Counted from the first letter of the stretch, positions 28,359 through 38,219 are shown. The stretch: 64,000 bases of DNA from Methanosarcinales archaeon (GCA_030611045.1 JAUWQN010000001.1:1484-65483), one strand, 5' to 3'. Program-made: numbers and translations. The notes: generated from the sequence alone by a model not told the origin.

Positions 28359-29099
28359 TTACAATATCACCCCCAATATGAGTGGCAAAAGGAAGATGAA
28401 CGCGCTTATCAACCCCGCCATGAGTCCGAAAAGAGCGTTTTTCGATAGCCCTGAAGTTAACTTCTGGTCCCTTGCCATTATCGTTGTCTTGTAGGTTATC
28501 TGCGCAGTGGCGCGGTCGATTGTGGACATCTGTGGAGATGCGGGCATGGCCAATGGCATTTCTAACACTGCTGCAGCCGCTTCCTCGCCACCCATTTTCA
28601 CAATCATCGGGTCTTCAGGATACGCGCCCGGATCTCGAGCTATAAGCTCTTTGACCTTTGCATTGATCTGCCCATAGTCCTCCGCACCCATCATGTCTAT
28701 TACTTCCACCTGCTGTCTAAATCGCTCCACTGCTTCACTCGGTAAGTTCTCGATGAATGGAATTGCTCCCGTGGTTCCGATTATCTTATGAGTCGATGGG
28801 TCAACACCGTTCGCCACCAGTGCCATCAATGATCCGCCGCTTATATGCCCTGGAACTTCCGCACCGGCTGCAATGATGAATCGTATGTTCGGGTTTGAGA
28901 TGATGTTCGTCATTATCTTCTCTAACCCGATGTTCTCTGTCTTGTCCGGTCCTTGTATTGCGATACCTTTCAGGTGCTCGATGTGGAAGTACGACCCATT
29001 TGAAGATATTGCCACGCAACTCTGCGGATCGCCAACTTCATAGTCGCCGGTTACCAGCGGCCATCCATCCGGAACTTCTTTCTTCTCTGCCATCTTCAC
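28359..29099 (-). CDS. mtrA: tetrahydromethanopterin S-methyltransferase subunit A (corrinoid-binding)
   Basis: 246 aa. 'EVPDGWPLVTGDYEVGDP...AISS...IAIQGP...GAEVPGHISGGSLMALVANGVD' and C-terminal TM anchor; hallmark MtrA sequence. Confidence 0.9.
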   Translation of the reverse strand: MKMAEKKEVPDGWPLVTGDYEVGDPQSCVAISSNGSYFHIEHLKGIAIQGPDKTENIGLEKIMTNIISNPNIRFIIAAGAEVPGHISGGSLMALVANGVDPSTHKIIGTTGAIPFIENLPSEAVERFRQQVEVIDMMGAEDYGQINAKVKELIARDPGAYPEDPMIVKMGGEEAAAAVLEMPLAMPASPQMSTIDRATAQITYKTTIMARDQKLTSGLSKNALFGLMAGLISAFIFLLPLILGVIL

Positions 29100-29398
29100 A
29101 CACCGCCTCCTAAGGCTATGAACACTATTGCGACCGCTAACACCGCAAAGGTAATTCCGAGCATGAAGAAGGTCATGAAGCCTGCATTACTCAACGCTCC
29201 CTCTCTGTTTGGCTGCGATAGTTTGAAACCGCTGGTTGGATCAAGGCAATTGAGCAGGTCATCCACTGCAGATTCCAGAACCGTTATTTGGTCTTCTATT
29301 GGTCCAAGATTCACTTTATAGAACCCCGGTCTGCTGACCCCTACGGTAAGCGTGTCTGGATCTAACACCACGCCATACTTCTCATTGATTACTATCAT
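29096..29398 (-). CDS. mtrB: tetrahydromethanopterin S-methyltransferase subunit B
   Basis: 100 aa with C-terminal TM helix. Overlaps mtrA by 4 nt; operon position. Confidence 0.7.
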   Translation of the reverse strand: MIVINEKYGVVLDPDTLTVGVSRPGFYKVNLGPIEDQITVLESAVDDLLNCLDPTSGFKLSQPNREGALSNAGFMTFFMLGITFAVLAVAIVFIALGGGV

Positions 29399-29420
29399 GT
29401 TTTCTTTTTTCCTCCATTAT

Positions 29421-30272
29421 TTATTCCAGCGTTTTGATTATTCCTGTTCCCACTGTTTCATAACACTCATCCATGCAGGCCTTGATGAACATCCTGAAGT
29501 ACACTACCCATACAATCGCTCCAAAGACTATCATTGACACTCCGTCTAAAATTCCATACGGAGAAGTACCGAGTCCGATCATCGCCAATCCCAACAGGAC
29601 GCATATCAACCCTGAAATCTCTACCGCACACATTCTTGTTCTCTCTCTTCGCTCATCTGGTCCGAGACATGCGTTGTACGGATGGAGCATCGCAAAACAA
29701 TTGAAGATGAACAGCAGTGCAATAAGCCCTGTATTCATTACGTTGTTTACCACTGCGGCGAAGCTCAGCGAGCCGGTCAAGATGGAACATTCGAGCAAGA
29801 TTGCAAGTGTCCCTGCCATTCCTAACTCCATCATCGCCCGCTCTAATCTCGGGATTTTCATCGCTATGAACTTCTCACCGTTCGCAAATATACCCGATAC
29901 CAGGCCAATGGCGCCCATGACTATGACACCAACCAACACTGCTGGATACAACTGGCCCACTCTACCATACTCTGCGACGGCCAATCCCATCAGCGCTCCT
30001 ACAACACCATAACCTGTCCCCAGCACGCCTATGGATGGAACGCCAGTCCCTAATCCATATTTAGACGTCTTTCGCACTGAATCCATACCCCAGAGTAAGA
30101 CTAAAAGTAGCCCCACTCCTTTTATCACTGCTGGCAAGCCCGTAAATATGACTATCACCGCGCCAATTATACCTGCGATAAGCCCCATCTCGGTCTCTTC
30201 CGGCGGGAATTTGAACGACAATCCCTTTTTCGTCGGCTCTTCCTCTTCTATTACTGCTGGTGTTACTGTCAT
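29421..30272 (-). CDS. mtrC: tetrahydromethanopterin S-methyltransferase subunit C
   Basis: 283 aa polytopic membrane protein. Operon position between mtrD and mtrB. Confidence 0.7.
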   Translation of the reverse strand: MTVTPAVIEEEEPTKKGLSFKFPPEETEMGLIAGIIGAVIVIFTGLPAVIKGVGLLLVLLWGMDSVRKTSKYGLGTGVPSIGVLGTGYGVVGALMGLAVAEYGRVGQLYPAVLVGVIVMGAIGLVSGIFANGEKFIAMKIPRLERAMMELGMAGTLAILLECSILTGSLSFAAVVNNVMNTGLIALLFIFNCFAMLHPYNACLGPDERRERTRMCAVEISGLICVLLGLAMIGLGTSPYGILDGVSMIVFGAIVWVVYFRMFIKACMDECYETVGTGIIKTLE

Positions 30273-30273
30273 T

Positions 30274-30975
30274 TTACAATGCCCCTCCTAATATCGTTGC
30301 TGCAAGCAAGACCACTATTCCGCAAAGCAGCGAGACCGCAAACGATGAGATCAGTGCTTTTGGCAGTCGCTTGAACTTCGGGTCATGGAATCCCTCTATG
30401 GTGCCTCGTATGTTGTACGCTGCAAGTATCGCGTTGGCTACGAAGATGGATAACGCCACAATCGCTGCCAGGCCTGCTGAAAAGTGCGCGTAGTTCAGTA
30501 GCGCGTAGTACATTAGCGCACCGGCGAAACCTGCTAAGAACCCTCCTATGGTGCCGGATACATAAACCACGTTTGGCACGCCGTGCCCATCGGTTTGCGG
30601 TGTCCTGTACGGAGCTTGTGGCTCCTTTGTTATCGGGTCCACGTCTACTCTGCCTGAAACTGGAACGATACCACAGCCAAAGGCATAAAGGACATTCGCC
30701 ATGAACATGACCACACACATCATCACCGTAGCGCCGACTGCACCGGATAACGATACGAGAAGGAGACTGTCTGAGAAAGTAGCCACTGATGCCGCTGTGA
30801 ATAACCCGGTCATTACCGCTCCAAGCATTATCTGGACTGTCCCCGTTGCGATTCCTGTTGCAGTGCCCATTGCCGCTGGTGCACCGCCCACTGGTAATAG
30901 ATGAGCGCCTAAACTTGCAAGTAACCCACCTATCACCACACATCCCACTATCAAAATCATCAATACTGGTTCCAT
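30274..30975 (-). CDS. mtrD: tetrahydromethanopterin S-methyltransferase subunit D
   Basis: 233 aa polytopic membrane protein. Operon position. Confidence 0.75.
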   Translation of the reverse strand: MEPVLMILIVGCVVIGGLLASLGAHLLPVGGAPAAMGTATGIATGTVQIMLGAVMTGLFTAASVATFSDSLLLVSLSGAVGATVMMCVVMFMANVLYAFGCGIVPVSGRVDVDPITKEPQAPYRTPQTDGHGVPNVVYVSGTIGGFLAGFAGALMYYALLNYAHFSAGLAAIVALSIFVANAILAAYNIRGTIEGFHDPKFKRLPKALISSFAVSLLCGIVVLLAATILGGAL

Positions 30976-30984
30976 TTTATCTCA

Positions 30985-31968
30985 TCACACTCCTACAAAA
31001 GGCCCGTATTTCTTTCTCACCCATTTCACGAACACCAGGTTTCCCACCATCAACGCTGCTACTATAAGGAGCCCCAGTACGATACCGAATATCGCTGCCA
31101 TATCACCGGTCGCTGTAAAGGCTGGTAATGCTGGTAAAAAGCCTCCGAGCTGCATCCCCACCATACTTCTCCAGCTTTCAAAGAGAATGATTAGTCCAAA
31201 GGTCATTCCCGTACACGGTGCACCGAATTTCAAACAGAAACCTGCAATGTCCTTCTGTGTTCGTACACCGCACTCTGCGTATCGCGTGATCTTACCGTGG
31301 TAAACTACCCGCTTTCCTTCGCCAAACGGTCTGTCTTGAAACTCTCGCTCCGCTCCATAATGGACATCACCGGTAGAGGATCCTATTGCGCCCACCGTAA
31401 TCCCCCAGATGAATCCGAGTAGGGGTAGGGCGAACGGATGGTTCAATGCTGGGTTCCCTGACAGAGTCCCTATGTTGCTCTGTATGTAAGCTATGCAGGT
31501 GATACAGAACGTCGTCATAAACGCGTGCGCTCCAATCGGTACCAGATGTCCGTATAACACATCGAGATAGATTGGTTGCTGGAAACGCTTCTGCGCCGCT
31601 GTTCTGCCGCAATGCGATGTCGCCGAAAATATCATGTTGATCATTGTTGCCGCGAGTACCCCGATGGGTATTGCCAGCACTGCCGCTTTCCATTCCTCAC
31701 CCGGAACTAAAGGCTCAAACTGCCGCAATAGTAACCATGCTATCGTCCCCGCTGTTACACAATACATTGCATTCGATAATGGCTCGCCTGAAATCGCTTT
31801 GTTAAAGAACCGATTTACCTGCCCCACCTGCGCCGCTAGCTGCACTTGCGAATTCGGATTGCTCTGTGATCCCATATCTGACTCCAAGTCCTCGAACGTA
31901 CATGCTATGAACGCTAAGAACGCTATCACTAACATCCATGCAAAAAGCAATACTACTTCTATTGGCAT
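30985..31968 (-). CDS. mtrE: tetrahydromethanopterin S-methyltransferase subunit E
   Basis: 327 aa polytopic membrane protein. First gene of the operon. Confidence 0.8.
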   Translation of the reverse strand: MPIEVVLLFAWMLVIAFLAFIACTFEDLESDMGSQSNPNSQVQLAAQVGQVNRFFNKAISGEPLSNAMYCVTAGTIAWLLLRQFEPLVPGEEWKAAVLAIPIGVLAATMINMIFSATSHCGRTAAQKRFQQPIYLDVLYGHLVPIGAHAFMTTFCITCIAYIQSNIGTLSGNPALNHPFALPLLGFIWGITVGAIGSSTGDVHYGAEREFQDRPFGEGKRVVYHGKITRYAECGVRTQKDIAGFCLKFGAPCTGMTFGLIILFESWRSMVGMQLGGFLPALPAFTATGDMAAIFGIVLGLLIVAALMVGNLVFVKWVRKKYGPFVGV

Positions 31969-31984
31969 GAACGAAAATTAGACG

Positions 31985-32003
31985 GGGTCACCATATAAAG
32001 CTT
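31985..32003 (-). promoter_or_regulatory. candidate TATA box for mtr operon (would imply leaderless or very short 5' UTR)
   Basis: Minus-strand 'GAAAGCTTTATATGG' with TATA at 31991-31999, centred about 27 nt upstream of the mtrE ATG. Confidence 0.3.
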
Positions 32004-32266
32004 TCTATTTTTTCACCACAAAAAATGGTTTAGAAGATCTTAGTTTACACTTAAATAGCTTCCGTTTTGGGTTGGATTCATAACCAAAATGGCTAACATA
32101 TGCCGTGTGCTGAACGCGGAGAACGTGCTGATGTTTATAGCAGCTATTTTGACGTAAGAGCGTGTATCTATGTATGGGCGGGCTTGTTCACCAAAAAACG
32201 TAAATGTTTTTAAACGACGTTGTGTTTATACCTTAAGCATGTGCACTGCGAGCACAAAGGAGTAAT

Positions 32267-33706
32267 ATGGGGCTATTTGAGAGGAGGCACCAGCCAAAAT
32301 TATTGGAAACGGAAAGGATCAGTTACTCAGACTTATATTTCAGATTACGGCTTTCCCGAGGGGATCTCTCACTACGACCTATTTTTATCGTGGCAAGTGT
32401 GGAACTTGGGAACAGCACCACTAAAGCTATCTTAACCGCGACAGATCTGAAAAGTGGACAGACCTATATCCTTGACAAGGCGGTAAAAATGACCCGTGAG
32501 GCTATATCTCCTCGCGAGGCCTTCTGCCATACGATAAGTATGGTTGACCTTTCCGAGGATTCTATTGCGGAACTGGTGAAAGCGACGTTGCAGGAATGTA
32601 CACGGTCAGCGGGAATAACCATCGCTGATTTGCATTTCGTAGTGCGCTCAACCGGTGTCACCGCGTGTTTCTACAGAATAGATGAGGTAGCGGGGGTAAT
32701 AAAAGCCTTAGCAAAGGGGTGCATGCTTGCTGGTGTGCCGCCACGGAAGATGATTTCACCTATGACGATAGAGAACATCCCCCCTGATTTGAGGGCGTTT
32801 TCTCGGATGGAGAAGACTTATTTCGACGGCGCTGTGACCGGGGACCTCCCACCGGGGGGGGAGTCAATAGTGGGAAATGAGATGGAAGGTGAGCTTGTAA
32901 CTGCGGGACTTAAGGAAGCGGCTAAATGGTTGGATGTTGATTATCGTAGCCCAGTTCTATCTTTAGATTTCGGCACTACCCTCGCAGGTAGAATAACCGA
33001 GGATGGTTTGCCATACGCACGCGTTATAGGGAGCTTTTGCGGCTTAGCCGGTGCGATACCTGATGCGGTGGTATCAAAGGTGGTGAACGTTAATTTCCCT
33101 TCGGTGCTCGATTTAGCAAAAGCGAGTATCCGGGGGAAGAGAATAAGGAAGGAAGTAGTAAAAGGGTACGTAGAAGATATTTTAAGGCTGGTCTGCATAG
33201 AGAAAGTAAAAAATGGCAGCACGAGAATGGGGGGGATTCCGGTGAATGTAGACGCAGCAGAGAGAAATGGCGTGGTGCTCATCGGAGTCGATGCAGGAGA
33301 GAACCTCTCAAATCTACCTGAAATAGCGGAGATCGGTACAAAGCTCGTGAAAGAGGAAGGGAAGCAGTATATCATCCCGGTAATAGATGAGTTATCGGCG
33401 TGTGTAGTGGAAGATTTGGTGGGGATAGCGAAAGAGGAAGGGTTACTACTGCATAACACGAAGATAGGGATAACCGGAAGGGCGGGAATAACGGGTAAAA
33501 AGCCCGAACTTTTGTTGGAGAAGCTAAGCACATTATTTGGTAGAAATATGGATAAGGAGGTGATATTTGCAGACGATGCGCTGGCACGGGGTGCGGCCGT
33601 CCTTGGGAAGTGCATGCACCAGTTTGGAACAGTAGGGAACCCACTAGGTGGTATTCAAGGTCACGGATGTTTGTATGGCCCGCGGGTAAAAGCGCAGAAA
33701 AAATAA
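32267..33706 (+). CDS. methanogenesis-marker-like protein (Mmp3-like?) with ASKHA-type glycine motifs
   Basis: 479 aa. 'VELGNSTTKAIL' and 'VLSLDFGTTLAGRI' resemble ASKHA phosphate-binding motifs. First gene of a three-gene plus-strand cluster ending in Mmp7. SD-like 'AAGGAG' lies 6 nt upstream. Confidence 0.35.
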   Translation: MGLFERRHQPKLLETERISYSDLYFRLRLSRGDLSLRPIFIVASVELGNSTTKAILTATDLKSGQTYILDKAVKMTREAISPREAFCHTISMVDLSEDSIAELVKATLQECTRSAGITIADLHFVVRSTGVTACFYRIDEVAGVIKALAKGCMLAGVPPRKMISPMTIENIPPDLRAFSRMEKTYFDGAVTGDLPPGGESIVGNEMEGELVTAGLKEAAKWLDVDYRSPVLSLDFGTTLAGRITEDGLPYARVIGSFCGLAGAIPDAVVSKVVNVNFPSVLDLAKASIRGKRIRKEVVKGYVEDILRLVCIEKVKNGSTRMGGIPVNVDAAERNGVVLIGVDAGENLSNLPEIAEIGTKLVKEEGKQYIIPVIDELSACVVEDLVGIAKEEGLLLHNTKIGITGRAGITGKKPELLLEKLSTLFGRNMDKEVIFADDALARGAAVLGKCMHQFGTVGNPLGGIQGHGCLYGPRVKAQKK

Positions 33707-33795
33707 CATAACAATCGAAATATATATAAATTTGCCGGTGTTTTTCCTAAATTAGTGGATGACGGAATAGTATAGTATAAGTTAGGAGTGTTGAG

Positions 33796-34341
33796 ATGGA
33801 GGTAAAAGTTGAGGGGGGGGATGAATTTGCAAATGCATCTTACGAGAAGATATGTATGAATACGTTTAGGGATATAGGAGTGAGAAGCAGTTTAGACCTC
33901 GTTTACATGTATTGCAACCCGAAGGAACACGTTTTTATTATCTCAGTTAAGATAGGACGGGTGGCAAGTCCGATAAAGGTAGGGGACATAACGCACCGAG
34001 AAGGAGAGAAATTAAGGATAACGAATGAGACATATGCACCTAAATTGCTTGCTCTGCTCTGGGATAAGTATGGAGAGCGGGTTCAGCAAATAAGCAGATT
34101 GGAGATAGAATTTAAATTAGAGGAGAAGGAAGTAGACGAACTCAAGGAGTGGGTTGTCTATGACCCCCGAGAGGATTTAGTAGCGAGAATCTTGGATGGT
34201 ATAGACAGGATATTCCCAGAAGGTGCAAGAGTCCGGTCTACAATCCCTTCTACGGGTAGATTGACTATTATTTCCTCTGAAAATCCAATAGTGGAAGAAT
34301 GGAAGAAAAAAGCGGAAGAGCTGGTGAGTGCGTATGTATAA
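33796..34341 (+). CDS. methanogenesis-marker-like small protein (Mmp17-like?)
   Basis: 181 aa. Sits between the Mmp3-like and Mmp7 genes and overlaps the Mmp7 start by 14 nt. The assignment rests on size and context. Confidence 0.3.
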   Translation: MEVKVEGGDEFANASYEKICMNTFRDIGVRSSLDLVYMYCNPKEHVFIISVKIGRVASPIKVGDITHREGEKLRITNETYAPKLLALLWDKYGERVQQISRLEIEFKLEEKEVDELKEWVVYDPREDLVARILDGIDRIFPEGARVRSTIPSTGRLTIISSENPIVEEWKKKAEELVSAYV

Positions 34342-35227
34342 AATAATGATGTTTGAGGGTGGTGTGTACAAGTTTAACGAGTTGAAAGAGCTGATAGAGG
34401 ATATAGGCGGGTTTATATTGCAAGAATCAGTTATGCAGACGGAGACAATGCTGCATTTAGCATTCCCTGAGGAGGAAGAGCGGGTAATCAGGGATAAAAT
34501 AAAAGATCTGGGTGGGAAGTTCAAAGAGCTGCCATTAGCCGGTGCGGAGATTGTAATAATAGTCCCTTCTCTTGGCAAACACCACGCGGTTGATCCCGTT
34601 TGTGATATAGCGGAATTTTTCAGGAGGAAAGGTGCGATTACCAATATGCTGGGTCTGGCTAGGGGTGTGGGGCAGAGGATAGCACAGATGACCGCACAAG
34701 AGAAGAAGATAATAGAGGAATTTGATGCCGCGGTATTTGTATTTGGATGTTTTAAGGAGTGTATAGAGGAGAAGGTGCAGTTATGTGCTATGCTTGATGT
34801 GCCTTATATGGTAGTTGGGGGGCCACCTGACCTCGCGGTGGAACATTACGTAGGAGGTATAGGAAGGAAGACGGATAGAATGAGGAGAAAAGGTGAAATA
34901 GATATTTTAGATGATATGACCGCGGAATTGAGGACGATCGTAGATGATAGGAGGCGAGAGATAGAGGAAGACCCGTTAGCTGCTTCTCCTTTGTTTGTAA
35001 AAGATATGATAGAGATGGTTATACCATCCGAAGCGGGGGATGAGTTACCGATTATTATCCAATTGGATGGTTTACGGATAAACATAAAGGAAGAAGATGT
35101 GGGGATGGTAAAAGAGGTTGAAGTTGGTAAGAAGAAACTATCAGAAATTTGTGATTTGAAAAAATCTTTGTTTAAGGGCTATTTGCTAAAGATTCGCACG
35201 GAAGCTGTAACAGGGAGTGTTTATTAA
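34328..35227 (+). CDS. methanogenesis marker protein 7 (McrC paralog; MCR activation complex)
   Basis: 299 aa. 'SLGKHHAVDPVCDIAEFFRRKG...MLGLARGVG...AAVFVFGCFKE...MLDVPYMVVGGPPD' parallels the McrC architecture (HH...PVC...). Length fits Mmp7. Confidence 0.55.
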   Translation: MRMYKIMMFEGGVYKFNELKELIEDIGGFILQESVMQTETMLHLAFPEEEERVIRDKIKDLGGKFKELPLAGAEIVIIVPSLGKHHAVDPVCDIAEFFRRKGAITNMLGLARGVGQRIAQMTAQEKKIIEEFDAAVFVFGCFKECIEEKVQLCAMLDVPYMVVGGPPDLAVEHYVGGIGRKTDRMRRKGEIDILDDMTAELRTIVDDRRREIEEDPLAASPLFVKDMIEMVIPSEAGDELPIIIQLDGLRINIKEEDVGMVKEVEVGKKKLSEICDLKKSLFKGYLLKIRTEAVTGSVY

Positions 35228-35274
35228 CCCGGACACCCCCACATTTCCACTGGAGATGGTAACTCCTAAAACAT

Positions 35275-35961
35275 TCAAGGAATGGTCTCAATAAACTTAT
35301 CTATGTCTGTGTACACCACGTTTCCAACTACAATAACATCAGCATATCTCAGCATCTCGGCTGCGGTCACCTGAGAATCAATTCCTCCTCCATAAAACAA
35401 CGATGCCTCGTTTAACGATTCTCTTAGTCTCTTTATCAGGATTGGGTCTCCGTAGGTTCCGCTGTATTCCATATAAACGATAGGAAGCCGAAGATATTTC
35501 TCTGCATATTGTGCGTAAGCGATGACCTCATCTGAGGTTAAGTCCGTCTTCGATTCTGTCAGTTTGGCTACAGCAGATTCGGGATTCATAACGATATACG
35601 CTTCAGGTATAACTTTTTCCCACTTTATTTTATGATTCTGTATCCAGTCCTTATGCTTACCTACAATCCACTTCAAATCACCAGCATTGAGGACTAAGGG
35701 CACGAAAATACCGTCTACGAGGTCTCCACCCAAAACAGCATCAGGAGTTGCAGGCTCCAAAATTTTTGGTATATCATAAACCTTCAGATGTGATATGAGC
35801 TGACCTACATTTGTATTGGTGATATTTTGCGTCCCTGAAATCATAATGGCGTCTGTTCCACTTCCCACGATGGTTTCCAAATCATCAGGCGAGAGAGATT
35901 TATCAGGATCCAGTTTTGTGATATGTTTCCAGTTTTTCCACAGGTGTGTCTTTGTATTCAT
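35275..35961 (-). CDS. geranylgeranylglyceryl phosphate synthase (PcrB/GGGPS family)
   Basis: 228 aa. 'WKHITKLDPDK' N-terminus, TIM-barrel 'GGGI' phosphate-binding motif near the C-terminus. Confidence 0.8.
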   Translation of the reverse strand: MNTKTHLWKNWKHITKLDPDKSLSPDDLETIVGSGTDAIMISGTQNITNTNVGQLISHLKVYDIPKILEPATPDAVLGGDLVDGIFVPLVLNAGDLKWIVGKHKDWIQNHKIKWEKVIPEAYIVMNPESAVAKLTESKTDLTSDEVIAYAQYAEKYLRLPIVYMEYSGTYGDPILIKRLRESLNEASLFYGGGIDSQVTAAEMLRYADVIVVGNVVYTDIDKFIETIP

Positions 35962-36041
35962 CTCTTTTTACGATTTGAAGCAGTATAAAAAAAGTAGTTG
36001 TTGAAAGTAGATAGTTAATTGGTTTTTTACTCTTCTCTTCT

Positions 36042-36509
36042 TCAACGCATCTTATGCAATAACTCATTTATTTTATCGCCATGATAACCGAGTTCTCCGC
36101 CTTCTTTAACGCTACGTTTAATACCTTTGTGGCCTTTTCTCGGTGGGTGAAGTCTGAATACCGGTTTGATTTTATAAACCATCAAATCTTTCATCTTCAC
36201 TTCACCCTCTAACAAAGTATGAGCAAGATCTTTTAATGATGTGAAAGAGGTTTTTTCGTGTAAAAACTCTTCGGTTACTATATCACCCCCTTCTAATCTA
36301 CCTCGATTTTTAAATAAACTCTCAAGATCGTCCTCAGATATTTCTCCCCAGGCCACGTAATCCTTCGCCTTAATTATCATTCCCTTGTTATAATTATTCT
36401 CTTCCACGACTACACAATGGTTTACTCTATGTAACCTGAGGAGCTCTAACGTATGCTTTATCTCCGGCCTTATATTTACACTTCCCCTAAGCCTTATAAT
36501 TACATACAT
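36042..36509 (-). CDS. rpl30: 50S ribosomal protein L30 (uL30)
   Basis: 155 aa. 'VIIRLRGSVNIRPEIKHTLELLRLHRVNHCVVV...KPVFRLHPPRKGHKG' is archaeal uL30. Confidence 0.85.
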   Translation of the reverse strand: MYVIIRLRGSVNIRPEIKHTLELLRLHRVNHCVVVEENNYNKGMIIKAKDYVAWGEISEDDLESLFKNRGRLEGGDIVTEEFLHEKTSFTSLKDLAHTLLEGEVKMKDLMVYKIKPVFRLHPPRKGHKGIKRSVKEGGELGYHGDKINELLHKMR

Positions 36510-36519
36510 TTTTTCTGCA

Positions 36520-37164
36520 TCACTCCAAAGTTTTCACTAAAGCTATTTTGCGTAAAGCATCGAATGTTGCGAACGCTTGGTTAAATGTAGTTCTGGTTTG
36601 TCCTTTTGTCTGGGCCCATACATCTTTAACACCGGAAAAATCTAATACCCGCTTGGGGGTATTACCTGTAGCCAGTCCAATACCCTTAGGTGCAGGTTTT
36701 AATGTTATCTCCACACTTCCGGCTTTTCCTACAACCTTAAAAGGGATCGAATGTGTCCCCCCACAGTTGCACTCCCAAGAACCACATCCACGATTGATAT
36801 GCGTCATGTTCATTTTCGCGGTGCGTACCGCCTTCTCGATACCGCTACGCACAAGAGCGTCCTTACCCAATCCTATACCAATATAACCATCTCGATTTCC
36901 CACAATAACGCACACTCTGAACTTCACCCGCCTTCCCGAATCGGTCATTCTCTGGACAAGGTTAATATCCAAAACCTCCTCGCTGAGTTCCGGAAGAAGA
37001 GCTTCCACAACTTGATACTCCTTTAAAGGATAGTTAGAGCGAAGAGCATCTTCAAACGTCTTTATTTCTCCGCTTTTCACCAGCATCCCTAACCGTGTTA
37101 CAGGCTCCCAAGCCTCTAAATCTCTCTCCCTCTCACTCTCTCTTCTGTCCCTTCTTTGTGTCAT
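36520..37164 (-). CDS. rps5: 30S ribosomal protein S5 (uS5)
   Basis: 214 aa. 'RVKFRVCVIVGNRDGYIGIGLGK' S5 dsRBD plus C-terminal domain. Confidence 0.9.
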   Translation of the reverse strand: MTQRRDRRESERERDLEAWEPVTRLGMLVKSGEIKTFEDALRSNYPLKEYQVVEALLPELSEEVLDINLVQRMTDSGRRVKFRVCVIVGNRDGYIGIGLGKDALVRSGIEKAVRTAKMNMTHINRGCGSWECNCGGTHSIPFKVVGKAGSVEITLKPAPKGIGLATGNTPKRVLDFSGVKDVWAQTKGQTRTTFNQAFATFDALRKIALVKTLE

Positions 37165-37718
37165 TCTGTAGTTGACTCCTCCTCTATCGCACTCTCCTTT
37201 TCACTCATTATCTTATCTCTCACACTCTGGAACATATCGACAATAGATGGTTTTTGTAAGTAAGTAGCAATGTGGTTCCCGCTGATACGATCGTCGGCCG
37301 GAAAAACCGCAGGGTCGTGTGGGATCGTCAACCCACTATCAAGAGCACCTTTTAATGCGGCATATACGTTAGATCCATGAACCGATGTATGCAGGCCTAT
37401 GTCAAGGATAATATCATTAAAACCTGCTTCTTTTGCTCTTTTACCAAATAACAAACCTGTAAGATAAGCTGCAGGAGTGTTACATTTCCCACCGTCATAC
37501 CCATATTTTGTAAGTTCGGATGACATAACAGTAATAAGAGTTTTATCGCCGATTTTATCATTAGCGATCAGTTGCATCCTGATGTACTTGTTGCTTTTTC
37601 TCACAACAACACGATGTTTTTTGCTTAACAACAGTTTCAGTCTTCTACGGTAATCAGTCTTACCTTCTCGTCTTCTTCTAAAAGGGACGCGATAGGTTGG
37701 ACCTCTTGCTCTTCCCAT
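37161..37718 (-). CDS. rpl18: 50S ribosomal protein L18 (uL18)
   Basis: 185 aa. 'RRRREGKTDYRRRLKLL...RLVVRKSNKYI' archaeal uL18. Overlaps rps5 by 4 nt. Confidence 0.9.
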   Translation of the reverse strand: MGRARGPTYRVPFRRRREGKTDYRRRLKLLLSKKHRVVVRKSNKYIRMQLIANDKIGDKTLITVMSSELTKYGYDGGKCNTPAAYLTGLLFGKRAKEAGFNDIILDIGLHTSVHGSNVYAALKGALDSGLTIPHDPAVFPADDRISGNHIATYLQKPSIVDMFQSVRDKIMSEKESAIEEESTTE

Positions 37719-38183
37719 CTATTTAGCCTCCTCCCTTGTTAGCAGTTCATTTGTAGTTATATAATCATTTAAATGTGCCACCGACCTAAAATCTCCACCA
37801 TTCGCTTTGTTATATAACTTTCTATAGGCGGTTTTATCTACGAACTCGTTATCACGGAGTTCCTTTAATCTCTTACGTAACGCGCGAATCTTAGTTATCC
37901 ACTTTTTTTTCCTACTTGCTCTTGCACCTTTAGCGCCTTTCCTGGACCCTGGCCCTTTTCTACGACCTAAAGCTTTTTGTCCCGCACTTACTCTTGCTCT
38001 CCCTCTGCTTACGCCTTTTTTCTGCTTTTCTACTATGACTCCTTCTTCTATCAAACCACGGATGTCTTCTCTCGTTATAGCTCCTGCTACGTCTTCAGCA
38101 GCTTCGGGATCTATCCATACTCTCCCCTCACCGCTCTTCAACACTTGTGCTGCAATCCTCTTCTGTTTTGCAAGATTTACCAT
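37719..38183 (-). CDS. rpl19e: 50S ribosomal protein L19e
   Basis: 154 aa. 'LAKQKRIAAQVL..G..RVWIDPE' L19e N-terminus, basic C-terminal half. Confidence 0.9.
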   Translation of the reverse strand: MVNLAKQKRIAAQVLKSGEGRVWIDPEAAEDVAGAITREDIRGLIEEGVIVEKQKKGVSRGRARVSAGQKALGRRKGPGSRKGAKGARASRKKKWITKIRALRKRLKELRDNEFVDKTAYRKLYNKANGGDFRSVAHLNDYITTNELLTREEAK

Positions 38184-38219
38184 TGCCTCTTATCCTTACT
38201 CCTTCTTCTATCTATAAAT

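Noticed and set aside
27030-28448. Plus-strand ORFs (226 aa, 239 aa, 107 aa, etc.) antisense to mtrH/mtrG/mtrF
   Set aside because: They are fully embedded in the highly conserved mtr genes on the opposite strand and have low-complexity S/P/T-rich translations.
30383-30943. 186-aa minus-strand ORF in an alternate frame inside mtrD
   Set aside because: Arg/Cys-rich frame-shifted translation of mtrD; no independent support.
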